Shown piece after piece: positions 1 through 11,959 of a stretch of DNA of 64,000 nucleotides. The notes under the pieces were generated by a model. It was given only the letters and a program-made list of their open reading frames with translations, was not told the origin of the DNA and ran no database searches. The position numbers and the translations under genes were made by a program. Source of the DNA: Squalus acanthias (Eukaryota); the NCBI GenBank assembly GCA_030390025.1, contig CM059431.1, positions 112,842,001-112,906,000 of the forward strand, read 5' to 3'. How positions within the stretch are numbered: the stretch's first letter is position 1; each line of letters begins with the position of its first letter.

Positions 1-1337
1 CACAGTATTCCAGCTGTGGCCTAACTAGTGTTTTGTACAGCTCCATCATAACCTCCCTGCTCTTATATTCTATGCCTCGGCTAATGAAGGAAAGTATCCC
101 ATATGCCTTTTTAACCACCTTATCTACCTGTCCTGCTGCCTTCAGGGATCTATGTACATGCACACCAAGGTCCCTCTGATCCTCTGTCTTTCCTAGGGTC
201 CTACCATTCATTGTGTATTCCTTTGCCTTGTAAGTCCTCCCAAAATGCATCACCTCACACTTTTCAGGGTTAAATTCCATTTGCCACTGTTCTGCCCATC
301 TAACCAACCCGTCTATATCATCCTGTAGCCTGAGGCTTCCCACCTCGCTATTTACCACTCCACCAATTTTCATGTCATCTGTGAACTTACTGATCATACC
401 TGACGTAAGAAACTACTAGGCACTTGGTCTAAGCGTTAAACAAAGCTTTAATCAACTGTTTTTCAACATGAAGATCTAGTTGTGTCCTTCTCAAGTTCCT
501 GTTGAGAAATGTCCGAAGCAAGCTGGGCCCATGCCAGAGTATTTATACGCTCCCTGGACAGCGCCACCAGCAGGCCGCCCAGTATTACTTCATACATGAA
601 TGTCAAGATTCATGTCAATACCTCCTACATTCATATCTAAATCATTAATGTACACTACAAACAACAAAGGACCCAGCACCGATCCCTGTGGTACACCACT
701 GGACACAGGCTTCCAGTCACAAAAAAAACCTTCGACCATCACCCTCTGCCTCCTGCCACTAAGCCAATTTTGGATCCAATGTGCCAAATTGCCCTGGATC
801 CCATGGGCTCTTACCTTCTTGACCAGTCTCCCATGCGGGACTTTGTCAAAAGCCTTACTGAAGTCCATGTAGACTACATCAACTGCACTACCCTCAGCCA
901 CGCACCTAGTCACCCCCTCGAAAAATTCAATCAAATTGGTTAGACATGATCTCCCCCTGACAAAGCCATGCTGACTATCCTTGATTAATCCTTGCCTCTC
1001 CAAGTGGAGACTAATTCTGTCCCTCAGAATTTTTTCCAATAATTTCCCTACCACTGATGTTAGGCTCACTGGCCTGTAATTCCTGGTTTATCCCTATTAC
1101 CCTTCTTGAATAATGGTACTACGTTAGCTGTCCACCAGTCCTCTGGCACCTCCCCTGTGGCCAGAGAGGTTCTGAAAGTTGTGTCAGAGCCCCTGCAATC
1201 TCCTCCCTTGCCTCACACAGCAGCCTGGGATACATCTCGTCTGGGCCTGGGGATTTATCCACTTTTAAGCCCGCTAAAGCCGCTAGTACCTCCTCCCTCT
1301 CAATACTAATTTGTTCAAGTATATCACAATCCCCCAT
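1..1337 (-). mobile_element. CR1 LINE ORF2 fragment (RT region), 5'-truncated, interrupted by a solo LTR, runs off the window start
   Basis: ORFs 590-1069 and 1119-1337 carry CR1 RT motifs KSPGPD, SQHGF..GRSCLTNLIEFFE, YMDFSKAFDKVPH, SGVPQGSVLGP; degenerate CR1 sequence continues in 1-400. Confidence 0.95.
401..617 (-). mobile_element. Solo LTR (217 bp) inserted in CR1
   Basis: TGAC...GTCA termini; perfect 5-bp TSD ATACC at 396-400 and 618-622; removing it restores the CR1 sequence; TATAAAT and ATTAAA occur in the expected order on the minus strand. Confidence 0.88.
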
Positions 1338-4300
1338 AACCGGTCTGGGACCAGGGTCCGAGCGGAAAGGATAAATAGGGTGTTCACAAGGACTTTAAAC
1401 TAGTAAATGGCGGGGAGGGCTCAGGTGGAAATTGTAGTACAAATAGAAGTTCAAAAACAAACAAAAAGGAAGAGAGTAGCGTACCAGTCAGAAATTGTGC
1501 TTTAGGCACTATAGGTAAAGGAAAAACTGAAAGATGTAAAACGATTAAACCAGGAGAGAGAAATAAGAAACATGTGAGTAAAACATTAGAGCTGAAGGAC
1601 AAGTTAGGGTTTGTGGCTCAAATAAACCTTCTTTATACAAACGCACGGAGTATAAGGAATAAATTGAATGAACTGCAGGCACAAATTCAAATTGGAGGGT
1701 ATGACATGGTAGTCATTACTGAGACATGGCTGCAAGACGGTCAGGACTGGAAACTAAATATACCAGGTTATAAGGTCTACAGGAAAAATAGGGAAAATGG
1801 CAGAATGGGAGGAGTAGCCTTAGTGATTAAGGATGCAATCACTTCAACGATAAGAGAGGATATAACAAAAGGGTAGCAGGCAGTGGAGACTTTATGGGTA
1901 GCATTAAGAAATAGGAACAAATTTAAGACTGTAGTGGGAGTTGTGTATAGGCCCCCCGGTAGCAGCTATGAAGTGCTAGATTATATAAATGCAGAGCTTA
2001 GACAAGCGTGTTGCAAAGGCAGAGTGGTTTTAATGGGGGATTTTGACCATCATATAGATTGGGATAAGCAGACTAGCACCTGTCAGAAAGGTAGTGAATT
2101 TCTTGAGTGTGTCCAGGATAGTTTTCTGCAACAATATGTCCTAGAGGCAACAAAAGGGCATGCCATATTAGATTTAGTAATGAGTAATGAGCCAGATTTA
2201 GTTAACAGCTTAACTGTGCGTGAACATTTATCCAATAGCGATCATAACATGAGCGAGTTCAAGGTAGCGTTTGAAAGGGAGAAATGCGAAACAGTTACTA
2301 AGATTCTAGATTTAGGTAAGGCCGACTTCAAAGAGATGAGACAGAGACTGTCCACAGTAAACTGAGCAAATCTGTTAATGGGTAAAACGACAGAAGATCA
2401 GTGGGAGATGTTCAAAAAAGAATTTAATGTGATACAGAACCAGTTTATACCCCTGAGGGGCAAGAGCTCTACTTCCAAAAAAAACAGCCATGGACAACTA
2501 AAGCAGTAAGGGACAGCATAAAACTAAAAGAAAAAGCATACAAAAATACAAAAAATAGCACAGATCCTGGCAAATGGGAAAGATACAAAGAACAGCAAAG
2601 GGTCACAAAACAGATAGTAAGAGCTACAAAAAGGGAGTATGAAAAGAAACTTGCAAGGGATATCAAAATCAACACTTTTTTTTTACAATTATATTAGGAA
2701 AAAGAGGGTAATCAGGAGCAATGTTGACCCCTTAAAAACTGAAAGCGGTGATATTATCAATGATAATAAGGAAATGACGGACATGTTGAATAATTACTTT
2801 GTGTCAGTATTTATAGTAGAAGAAGAGTATAGCATGCCAGAATTTCCAAGGAAACTAATACTGAATCAGGGACAGGGACTCAATAAAATTAATGTAAGTA
2901 AAAAAACAGTAATGAAGAAAATAATGACACTAAAGAGTGACAAATCCCCAGGACCAGAGGGTTTCCATCCCAGGGTTTTAAAGGAAGTAGGTGAGCACAT
3001 TGCAGATGCCCTAACTATAATCTTCCAAAGTTCTCTCGATTCTGGAACCGTTCCTTTAGATTGGAAAATTGTGCATGTCACTCCGCAATTTAAAAATGGT
3101 GAGAGAGGGAAACCAGGGAATTATAGACCAGTTAGCCTCTGTTGTCGGGAAATTGCTAGAGTCTATAATTAAGGATAGGGTGTCTGAACACCTCAAAAAT
3201 TTTCAGTTGATCAGAGAGAGCCAGCATGGATTTGTGAAAAGTAGGTCATGCCTGATGAACCTGATTGAATTTTTTGAGGAGGTGACTAAAGTAGTGGACA
3301 GGGGAATGTTTATGAATGTTATTTATATGGACTTCCAGAAGGCATTTGATAAAGTCCCACATAAGAGACTGTTAACTAAGGTAGAAGCCCACGGAATTGA
3401 GGGCAAATTATTGACCTGGTTAGGAAATTGGCTGAGCGGCAGGACACAGGCAGTAGGGATATAGGCTAGGTGATCAAGTTGGCAGGAGGTGACTAGTGGT
3501 GTCCCGCAGGGATCTGTGTTGGGGCCTCAACTATTCACAGTATTTATTAACGACTTAGATGATGGCATAGAAAGTCATATATCCAAATTTGCTGATGACA
3601 CAAAGATAGGCGGCATTGTAGGCAGAGTAGATGGAAGCATAAAATTACAAAGGGATATCGACAGATTAAGTGAATGGGCAAAACTGTGGCAAATGGATTT
3701 CAATGTAGGCAAATGTGAGGTCATCCACTTTGGACCTAAAAAGGATAGAACAGGGTACTTTCTAAATGGTAAAAGACTAAAAACAGTGGAGGTCCAAAGA
3801 GACTTGGGGGTCCAGGTACATAGATCATTAAAATGTCATGAACAGGTGGGGCAAATAATCAAAAAGGCTAATGGGATGCTGGCCTTTATATCTAGAGGAC
3901 TAGAATACAAGGAGGTAGAAGTTATGCTGCAGCTGTACAAAACCTTGGTTAGACAACACCTGGAGTACTGTGAGCAGTTCTGGGCACCTCGCCGTAGGAA
4001 GGATATATTGGCCTTGGAGGGAGTGCAGCGTAGGTTTACCAGAATGATAACTGGACTTCAAGGATTAAGTTATGAGGAGAGATTACACAAATTAGGGTTG
4101 TAGTCACTAGAATTTAGAAGGTTAAGGGGTGATCTGATCGAAGTTTTCAGGATATTAAGGGGAACAGATAGGGTGGATGGAGAGAAATTATTTCCGCTGG
4201 TTGGGGAGTCTAGGACTAGGGGGCATAGTCTAAAAAATTAGAGCCAGACCGTTCAGGAGTGAAATTAGGAAACACTTCTACACACAAAGGGTGGTAGAAG

Positions 4301-4510
4301 TTTGGAACCCTCTTCCGCAAACGGCAGTTGATGCTAGATCAATTGTTAATCTTAAATCTGAGATTGATAGCTTTCTGTTAACCAAAGGTATTAAGGGATA
4401 TGGGCCAAAGGCGGGTATATGGAGTTAGGTCGCAGATCAGGTATGATCTCATTGAATGGCGGAACAGGCTCAAGGGGCTGAATGGCCTCCTCCTGTTCCT
4501 ATGTTCCTAC
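1338..4510 (+). mobile_element. CR1 LINE, near-complete degenerate ORF2 (APE endonuclease + RT) and 3' UTR
   Basis: APE motifs YTNARSIRNK, ITETWL, VYRPP, GDFD, LDLV..SDHN; RT motifs GVPQGSVLGP, KFADDTK; split by stops and frameshifts; CR1 3' tail ...GGCCTCCTCCTGTTCCTATGTTCCT. Confidence 0.96.
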
Positions 4511-6187
4511 ATGAAGCAGGGGAAGGTTTATAGATGCTTCTGCAGCTGCCACTTTCTTCAGACTGTCCTGCAACGAATTGAACCCCTCAGATGTTGGCGC
4601 ACCGCAGGGCAATGGGCCTCAGCCATTTGCTGCATATCTTGGGAGAGGCCACTCAGAACCTCCATTTATGTTGAATGCTCTGCAGCCTCTGCTCAACTAC
4701 TTCAGGCTCCACTACCAAATCTACGCTCTCTGGCTTCCTTGTGCTCTGTCTCACTATGTGTCAATTCCTTACCTACACTATCATACCCCTCGATTGGGAT
4801 CTCTGGACTACTGTGTGCAAGGGAGAGGATAGGTGGGTGAGTGCTCACCAATGTTCCCAGAGGCAGATGTTCCCAGACTGCAAGGCTTTACTCTTTCGAA
4901 AACTTCTCCACTGTCCTGGCTTGCAACGTCTGGAGTTAAAAAAAACCCAATACTGTTATCTTTAGTGTGGTTGAGCAACAATCTATCTTAATCAGCTAAC
5001 GTGTAAATTTCTTATGAGGAAAGCAGTGAAGAGATTGAAGAATACATCGAAACATTTATTATAAGTTTACGTTCTCATGAACCCACTGAATGCACACACA
5101 GTTCCTTATCCAACCCCAAAATCCAGGCCAGAGTCTAATTATGGTCATTGCTTCCTCTTCAGGTGGCGTCAAATGCTGGATAGTGGCACATGCTCCTCCA
5201 ATATCCCGCCGCTCCCTGTCATTGTTTTCTGTCTTTCTCCTGGAGGAGGAATCCATAGTGTAAATTGGCTGCTGCAGTCTCCAGATCCTCCAGTCACAAT
5301 CAGTCAGGATTTATGACAGGGAACAAGGACCTAGGTTGTGAGACTTCAGTGTGCTAGTATGCATTACAGGATATGAAACATTTAGCATGAATTCTGCCAA
5401 GTGATTTTGCTTCTGGGACAAGGGACACCCCATGTGATACCCTAAAGGGCAATGCTTGACTACTGTGCTTAGGGGATATCCATGTGTTTTTCCGTGATTC
5501 AGTTATCTGCCCTGTTATTCATCTGAAAACACTCTTAGCTTTGCTGATCTAGCGAGGTCATTAAACCTCTTCCAACATTACAAGGGGGCCCTTGAGGTTA
5601 TGGAGGTCTCACTTACAGCAACAGCCACCTCCTTCCAAATGGCCCAATGCTGCTGCATGTGATGGCATCTTCCCTGGTTTTCCAACAATGGTGTTGCCCA
5701 GTTCTTGTATTTGTGTCATCAGAAAAATTAGAAGCTCGCCTTTTTCTTTCATCAGCTCCAGCTATTTCAGTCCCTCTTCCAAAAGCCTATTCAACATTTT
5801 AACTGCATGGACTTCTTTAAATCGTGAAGTTACACCCTAGTTCCATTCCTTTACTGAATTTTCTGGCATATCCGGCCCCTTGCTGATGGCCTCCTGCCCT
5901 TATTCCATAAGCATTATTTAGACGAGCCGACCCTGGAATTTCTGACGGGGTCAGTCTCCTCTCAATCATCCGGCAAAAATCCAGCTCTGCTGCACTTTCA
6001 TCGGCGGAGTGGTCCCCCAGGAATTTCCAAGCCACAATTTCCAAGCCACTCCCCGCAAAAAAATGAACCCCCTTTTAAGAAAAACTGTCCTCAAAGGCCA
6101 GGAAGTGAGGGTCAGCAAGCAGCAGGCTGGGACCACGACACCGACTCCGGCTGCCCGGGACCCGCCTTAGTCGGCGAAATCGCAGCC
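4511..6187 (-). mobile_element. PIF/Harbinger derivative with Myb/SANT-like gene remnant; one terminus retained
   Basis: Minus-strand KRFNDLARSAK (~5540-5572) and ERRDIGG..LTPPEEEAMTII; terminus CGGCGAAATCGCAGCC|TTA at 6187 is homologous to the terminus at 6617; left boundary uncertain. Confidence 0.7.
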
Positions 6188-6459
6188 TTAGATTCAGAGT
6201 AAAGCCTCTGCCCCAACAATATGTACCAGTAAAATTGCTAAGAGGGTAAATTTTGCAACACAATTTGCTGGATCACAGAGACCAGCTTCTAATGAGCAGG
6301 CAGCACTGTAGTACTAGAGGCTTTTGACCACAGACACTCCAAAATGATGTACATGAGGGTGGGACTTCCTTACTCCTCAGGTTGCACGGTTTGCCCAGGA
6401 GAAGAGACGTCATCGCTCCAGAAAAGTAAAAACCTGCTGCTTGCTGAACCTCACTTCCT

Positions 6460-6616
6460 GGCCAACAAGGGGGCATGTCATATTAGATGTAGTAATGAGT
6501 AATGAGCCAGATTTAGTTAACAGCCTAACGGTGCGGAAACATTTATCTAATAGCAATCATAACATGATTGAGTTCAACATTGTGTTTTTAAGGGAGAAAT
6601 GCAGAACAGCTACTAA
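6460..6616 (+). mobile_element. CR1 endonuclease fragment
   Basis: GHVILDVVMSNEPDLVNSLTVRKHLSNSNHN closely matches the CR1 at ~2150-2300. Confidence 0.85.
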
Positions 6617-8387
6617 GGCTGCGATTTTGCCGACCGAGGTGGGTCCGGGGCAGCCGGGGTCGGTGCTGCAGTCCCAGCCCGCTGCCTACTGCAGCCCGCA
6701 TTCACCAAGCGACTTTTCGTTGATTGGGCTTGGTAAGCCCGCCCTGCGAGGTTCCCGGCCAATTAATAGGAAGCGGGTCTGATGACGTCATTTGATGACA
6801 TATCATCAGCCAGTTTCCTTAAAGGGGCCATGTCCAAATTGATCTTGACATTTGTGCTGTCAGTGTTCTACAGCATTGAGGTGCTTCAAACACTGACAAG
6901 CACTGCATAAAGGTGCAGGGCTGCACCCAGGCTCTCCCATGGCTCCCTCCATATGCTTATGGAGGGAGTCACAGCACGCAGGGAGGTCCTCTTCCCTTCC
7001 AATGGGCGGAAGAGACCGCCCCAGGAGATCAACGCAGCCTGGTTGCACATTGTACAGGAGGGCACAAGCAGGGATGTTATCAGGAGGACCAGGCTGCTGT
7101 GGCGCAAACCTTTCAATGATCTGAGCAGATCACGAAATGTTACTGCAAATCCACACCCAACCTCATCCTGTTGTGCCACACATCACATCCCCATCACTCT
7201 GCCTTCCCTACCCTACTCCTGCACATCCTTACTCACACCAACTTACCTTGCACCTCTACCCATCCCTCTCTATCTACATTATCACTTCCCCATCTCACTA
7301 GCCACCCCTCACACTCACCCTCATCCTACTGCAAGCATACAAACTAGCAACACACAAGGGTAGGCACCTGGGTGGTTTAGCCAATGTTCATGTGAAGTTT
7401 CTGTTAATGTGTTGTCAAACATTGAAATCTATATTTTCAACACTTTACCTTATTGGACAGATCTGTGCTCAACTTTGGAAGTGTCTTATTGAGTTCCAGT
7501 GAATGTTGAGACATAACTTCCCCCCCCCCTCCCAATTGTGATGAGTGTTAAAGGAATGGCTTGGACATTGTAGGGATGCTTCAAGGTGCTGGTGTGGGAT
7601 GGTGTCAACCTGGCGCATCATGTGGCAGCCAGGGTGTACAATGTCAAGTGAAGTAAATCTGGCCATGGTGATGCCTCCCGGAAGCAATGTTGTCGGGTGC
7701 TGATGCCCTGTGTCCTGTGCAGCATCAGGTGATTGCGGAGAAGGTTGGTATTATTGTTGGTAATGTTGGTGTGCCTGGTAATGTTGGTGCTGGGGCTGAT
7801 CGTGGAGGGATTCAGAGGACCAAGATGGGGCACCGATGTTGCTGGAATAGATGGCAGCTGAAGTTGAGATGACAGAAGCGATCTGTCAATGGTGAGAGAG
7901 CTTGCTCCAAGGAGGTGACAGTGGATAGAGAGTTTACGACAAACACTTCCAAACTGCATACAGCTCAAAAGTGTCTTCCAAGTCCTGAAGGCTCAAGCTT
8001 TTGACATTGGAAAGTGAACAGCTGTGAAATGGTATCTTTCATACCACTTTTGCAGCTGTCACCTATTCACAGCAATGGGGAGACATAGAGAACCCGACCT
8101 ACTTACCTGACGTGATCTCCGAACAGCGTGAAGCTCGTTAAAAAAGTGGGAAAATAGAAATAGGCTGGCAAAATAGTAGTTAACAAGCGTTTAACAAGCA
8201 TTTAACTATCTTAAATGCCTCCCCCACCACTTGGTGTCGGGTTTGTTCTGAAATCGCAGACCCGACACTTTGGAAACTTACATGGAGGCAGGGTCGGAGT
8301 GGGTTCCCAACCCACTGTCAATCATTTTGATTTTGACAGCGGACCCACCTCTGAACCCACACTGTGAGCGCCGGCAAAATCGTGGCC
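6617..8387 (+). mobile_element. Non-autonomous PIF/Harbinger element with Myb/SANT remnant
   Basis: TIRs GGCTGCGATTTTGCCG / CGGCAAAATCGTGGCC; TAA TSD at 6614-6616 and 8388-8390; ORF 6953 has REVLFP..AW..RKPFNDL (Myb/SANT-like). Confidence 0.9.
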
Positions 8388-8404
8388 TAACAGTCTTATA
8401 CCTG

Positions 8405-8823
8405 AACGCTTGATCGACAACCCATCCATCACCACAAACATCCACTCCCTCCACCACCGTGGCTGCAGTGTGTACTATCTACAGGATGCAGTGCAGCAAC
8501 TTGCCAAGGCTTCTTCGACAGCGCCTCCCAAACCCATGACCCCCACCACCTAGAAGGACAAGGGCAACAGGTGCATGGGAACACCACCACCTTCAGATTC
8601 AAGTCACACAGCTTCCAGACTTGGACATATATCGCTGTTCCTTCATCGTCGCTGGGTCAAAATCCTGGAACCCTGTACCTAATTGCACTATGGGGGCACC
8701 TTCACCACACGGATTGCAGTAGTTCGAGAAGGCCCATCACCACCTTCTCAAGGGCAGCTACTGGTGGGCAATAAATGCTGGCCTTGCCAGACACACGCAC
8801 ATCCTAAGAATGAATAATAAAAA
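8405..8823 (+). mobile_element. 3' fragment of the single-ORF LINE family seen at 32435-35701
   Basis: Collinear with the 3' end of that element; ends GGCAATAAATGCTGGCCTTGCCAG..CACATCC..GAAT + A-rich tail. Confidence 0.9.
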
Positions 8824-8984
8824 GAACTGACAGTACTTGAAGCTGATGTTGGGTGCTCAAAATGGAAATTGTTGCATTCTGCATTACTAGCATCCCTCAC
8901 TCTAATGAGTACAAACATGCTTTGCAAAGAACATTATGTGTCAAAATGTATAAAATAGTATTGTAAAAAGCAAAAACAAAACTG

Positions 8985-9250
8985 CCAAATACTTCAGATG
9001 CTAGAAATCTACAAGAAAAACAGAAAATACTGGAAACACGCAGGAGGTCAATTATCATCTGTGGACTGAGCAGGCAAGTTTGGATTTCGGGTGTAACCCT
9101 TTGTCAGAATTTTTTGGTTTTTTGCATTGTTTAATTCACTGCTACTTCTCTTTCAGCTGTTGTAATGAAGACTTATATCCGAAACATTAACCTACCTGTT
9201 TTCTGCACAGATGCTAATTGACCTGCTGCGTGTTTCCAGCATGCTCTGTA
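8985..9250. mobile_element. Degenerate Penelope-like inverted terminal repeat pair
   Basis: Imperfect palindrome homologous to 25770-25990 and 52380-53075. Confidence 0.65.
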
Positions 9251-10162
9251 ATTGTATTGTGTCACGACAGTCTCTCACGTATTGTCTGCCTTCACAATTC
9301 TCTGTTAGTTTATTGTTTTAAAGTCATTCGAACATGTTGCATTCTCTCTGTCCACACTGGCTTGTTTGCAGTTCTATATTTCAACCCTCACTGGTGAGGC
9401 AGCACTTTCATACGATGACTCAATCAGCGCAGATTTCAAATGAACACCACTATGAAGAATGTGGTTGTGCAAAATCCTCAGAAACCATTGCCACTCAAAG
9501 ACACAGCTTCTGCAAAGCATAAGAAAGAATGAATGGCTGCCCGGAACATCGATAGCATTGTATTTCCTTAAAGAACTCTTGAAGCTGCAGAAGTCAGAGA
9601 AGAGAAACAATGTAAATTAGTATGACAGCAATAGACAGCCGAAATTCAAATATGTGGACTACGATAGACTTACAAGAGACTGTGTTACTACCATGTTCAA
9701 GCTCTGGGATATTATTCAGACTGGCATTATTGATATTCAGGATGCTATCAGATAAAAGCCTGCACACAGCTACATAAGCATGGATGTGCAAGCTGGCTTA
9801 TGACAAATGCCAAATTGGCCCATGCACAGAACCTGTCACAAATTTGAAACGCTTTCTCACCCAGGTTAGGGATTATCCTTGCCGGACTACCTCTGAGGCA
9901 GCAGCCTAATTGAAGAGAATGTCAAGTCTTTCTCCATTATCACCCTGATTGATGTGCCACATAAATCATCAGCTGACTGGAGTTTGTTCATCCAGGTCTC
10001 ATCCTCCCATCTGCACTTCACCAAAAAAGAGGTGACTTGAAGCACTGAGCCACTATTTATGAATTATCTATAACAGATTGAAAGTTTTATATAGTGCATG
10101 CAATTCCTGTGCTGCCGGGAAGATTCACCCCATGCTGTTTCTCTCATGTCTTCTGAATATTA

Positions 10163-10964
10163 GGGGGGAATTTTGCCAGCCCTGGAGAGGCGGGTATGGA
10201 GGCGGGACTGCCGGGAAAATGGCAGAAACTGGGAGCGGGTACCAAACAGGGTACTCGCGCAGGGACCCGTCTCCTCGAGGCGGGAAGGGGATTAGAGCCA
10301 ATTAACTGCCTGTTAACAGGTAGTTAACAGGTAGTTTTGAGGCTTATCTCCATTTTGCCTCTGCACATGCGGGCTTCCCGACAGCTGCGAACCTCGCCAG
10401 GGTCAGCGAGGCGAGCAGTGGGTCTGCGGGGGTGAGAGGGATCGAAAAATCCGCTGTAGAGGTGAGTGATGGGTGCAAGTGTGGCGAGGTAAGTATGAGA
10501 GGTGAGTGTAAAGTATTAGAAAAAGTTTACTTAACTTTGCTTCTTCCTGCAGGCTTCAACCCTTGGGGATCCGGAGGTGCCTCTTCTCAACGGCAGAGAT
10601 GACAGAATGGCTGCTGCATTCTCAGATGCAGCAACCATCTGATTTCTGCTGAGGAAAGAGGTTTTGGTGAGTCTTTGTGCAAGGGCTCACCATAGAACAG
10701 AGATTGTCAGTGTTTGACAGCTTCTCAAAGCTGTCAAACGCTGACAATTCATCTGTCAAAATTTTTCGACAGATGAAACGTCATACACTGATGTCCTCTG
10801 TCACCAGCTTTCCCTTAATTGGCTGGCTAAACCCGCAGGGCGGGCTTAACAAGCTCAATCAAGGGAAAATAGCATGGGTTGGCTGGACGTTGTTGGGGGC
10901 AGGACTGAAACCCGACAACCAGCAGTCCCACCCCCAACGCGTCCCCATTGACAAAATCTAGCCC
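10163..10964. mobile_element. Harbinger-type MITE
   Basis: Imperfect TIRs GGGGGGAATTTTGCC / GACAAAATCTAGCCC, TTA TSD on both sides. Confidence 0.7.
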
Positions 10965-11411
10965 TTAGTTTTAAACTGGTAAGGTTTCAATTTCTCATAT
11001 ACAGGTAGTTACATTGTACCCAATGTTCAGTTGTCCCAGTTTCTGAGATTTCCATCTCCAAGGTAAGTGGCACGTTGGTGCTATGTTCTACAATACTAAC
11101 CATTTCACACTAATTTTCTCCTCTTTTGATTGGACCAATGAGTAGAAACTTGTTAAAATAAATGAGAATGTTTCCACCCATGTCTACTATGCACTCCAGT
11201 CCCTGCAGTTCCCACCTGTCGCAGAAGGCACACTGAATTTCTTCCCCTTGCACGATCACCTCCGATGTCCACCACTTGGAAGTTTGACCTCCAGGCTTAA
11301 TCCTTCACCCCACCCTCTAGCCACCACCTGTATCCCAAAAATAATGCACCCTCCCAATCAACCGCCATCCAAAATACAGCCTCTGAGCTGGATCCACTTC
11401 TCCCCAACCCT

Positions 11412-11720
11412 CAAAAATAACAAAACAGACAAACAGAGAAGTAGAGGGCAAAAGAAACAGACACAAAAGAAAGAGAAAGTAAAAGAAGAGACACACAGAA
11501 GGCTACATGAGAAAACACATAGAGCAAAGAGGACACAGAAAGAACCAGAAACAAATAACAATAAAAGGAAACAAGGAGAAGACCAAGAAACAAGAAAGAG
11601 AAAAAAGCGAAAGAGGACAGAGGCAGAAGCAGAAAAGAAGACAAAGAGAGTCAGAAATCCAAAAGATAGATAGATAGATAGATAGATCGATCGATCGATC
11701 AAACAAAGGAACAAACAAAT
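11412..11720. repeat. A/G-rich low-complexity tract ending in (GATA)n(GATC)n microsatellite
   Basis: Direct inspection; GATA/GATC array at ~11663-11700. Confidence 0.9.
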
Positions 11721-11959
11721 GAAATATAGTTTGCCTTACCATGGTAATGCCACAGGAAATCCACTAACGATATTATTAAAATGATCGCTCAGAGCATGCT
11801 ACCCGAAGATAAGCTACTGAGCTGGAACATAGGCCTGCCGATCCTGTCCAGCATTGACCTCACTGTAATTTCTGGGGTCAGGCCATTTGCTTACTCACTG
11901 GCATTGGTGTAGCACATCTCCCATGTAACACAGGAGTACTACTTGGGAGAAGGAGAGGA

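Noticed and set aside
1300..1400. Head-to-head CR1 junction as a twin-priming inversion
   Set aside because: Both sides contain the same RT region and differ substantially, so they are two independent insertions
11248..11742. Lys/Arg-rich and hydrophobic ORFs
   Set aside because: Low-complexity A/G tract and its complement
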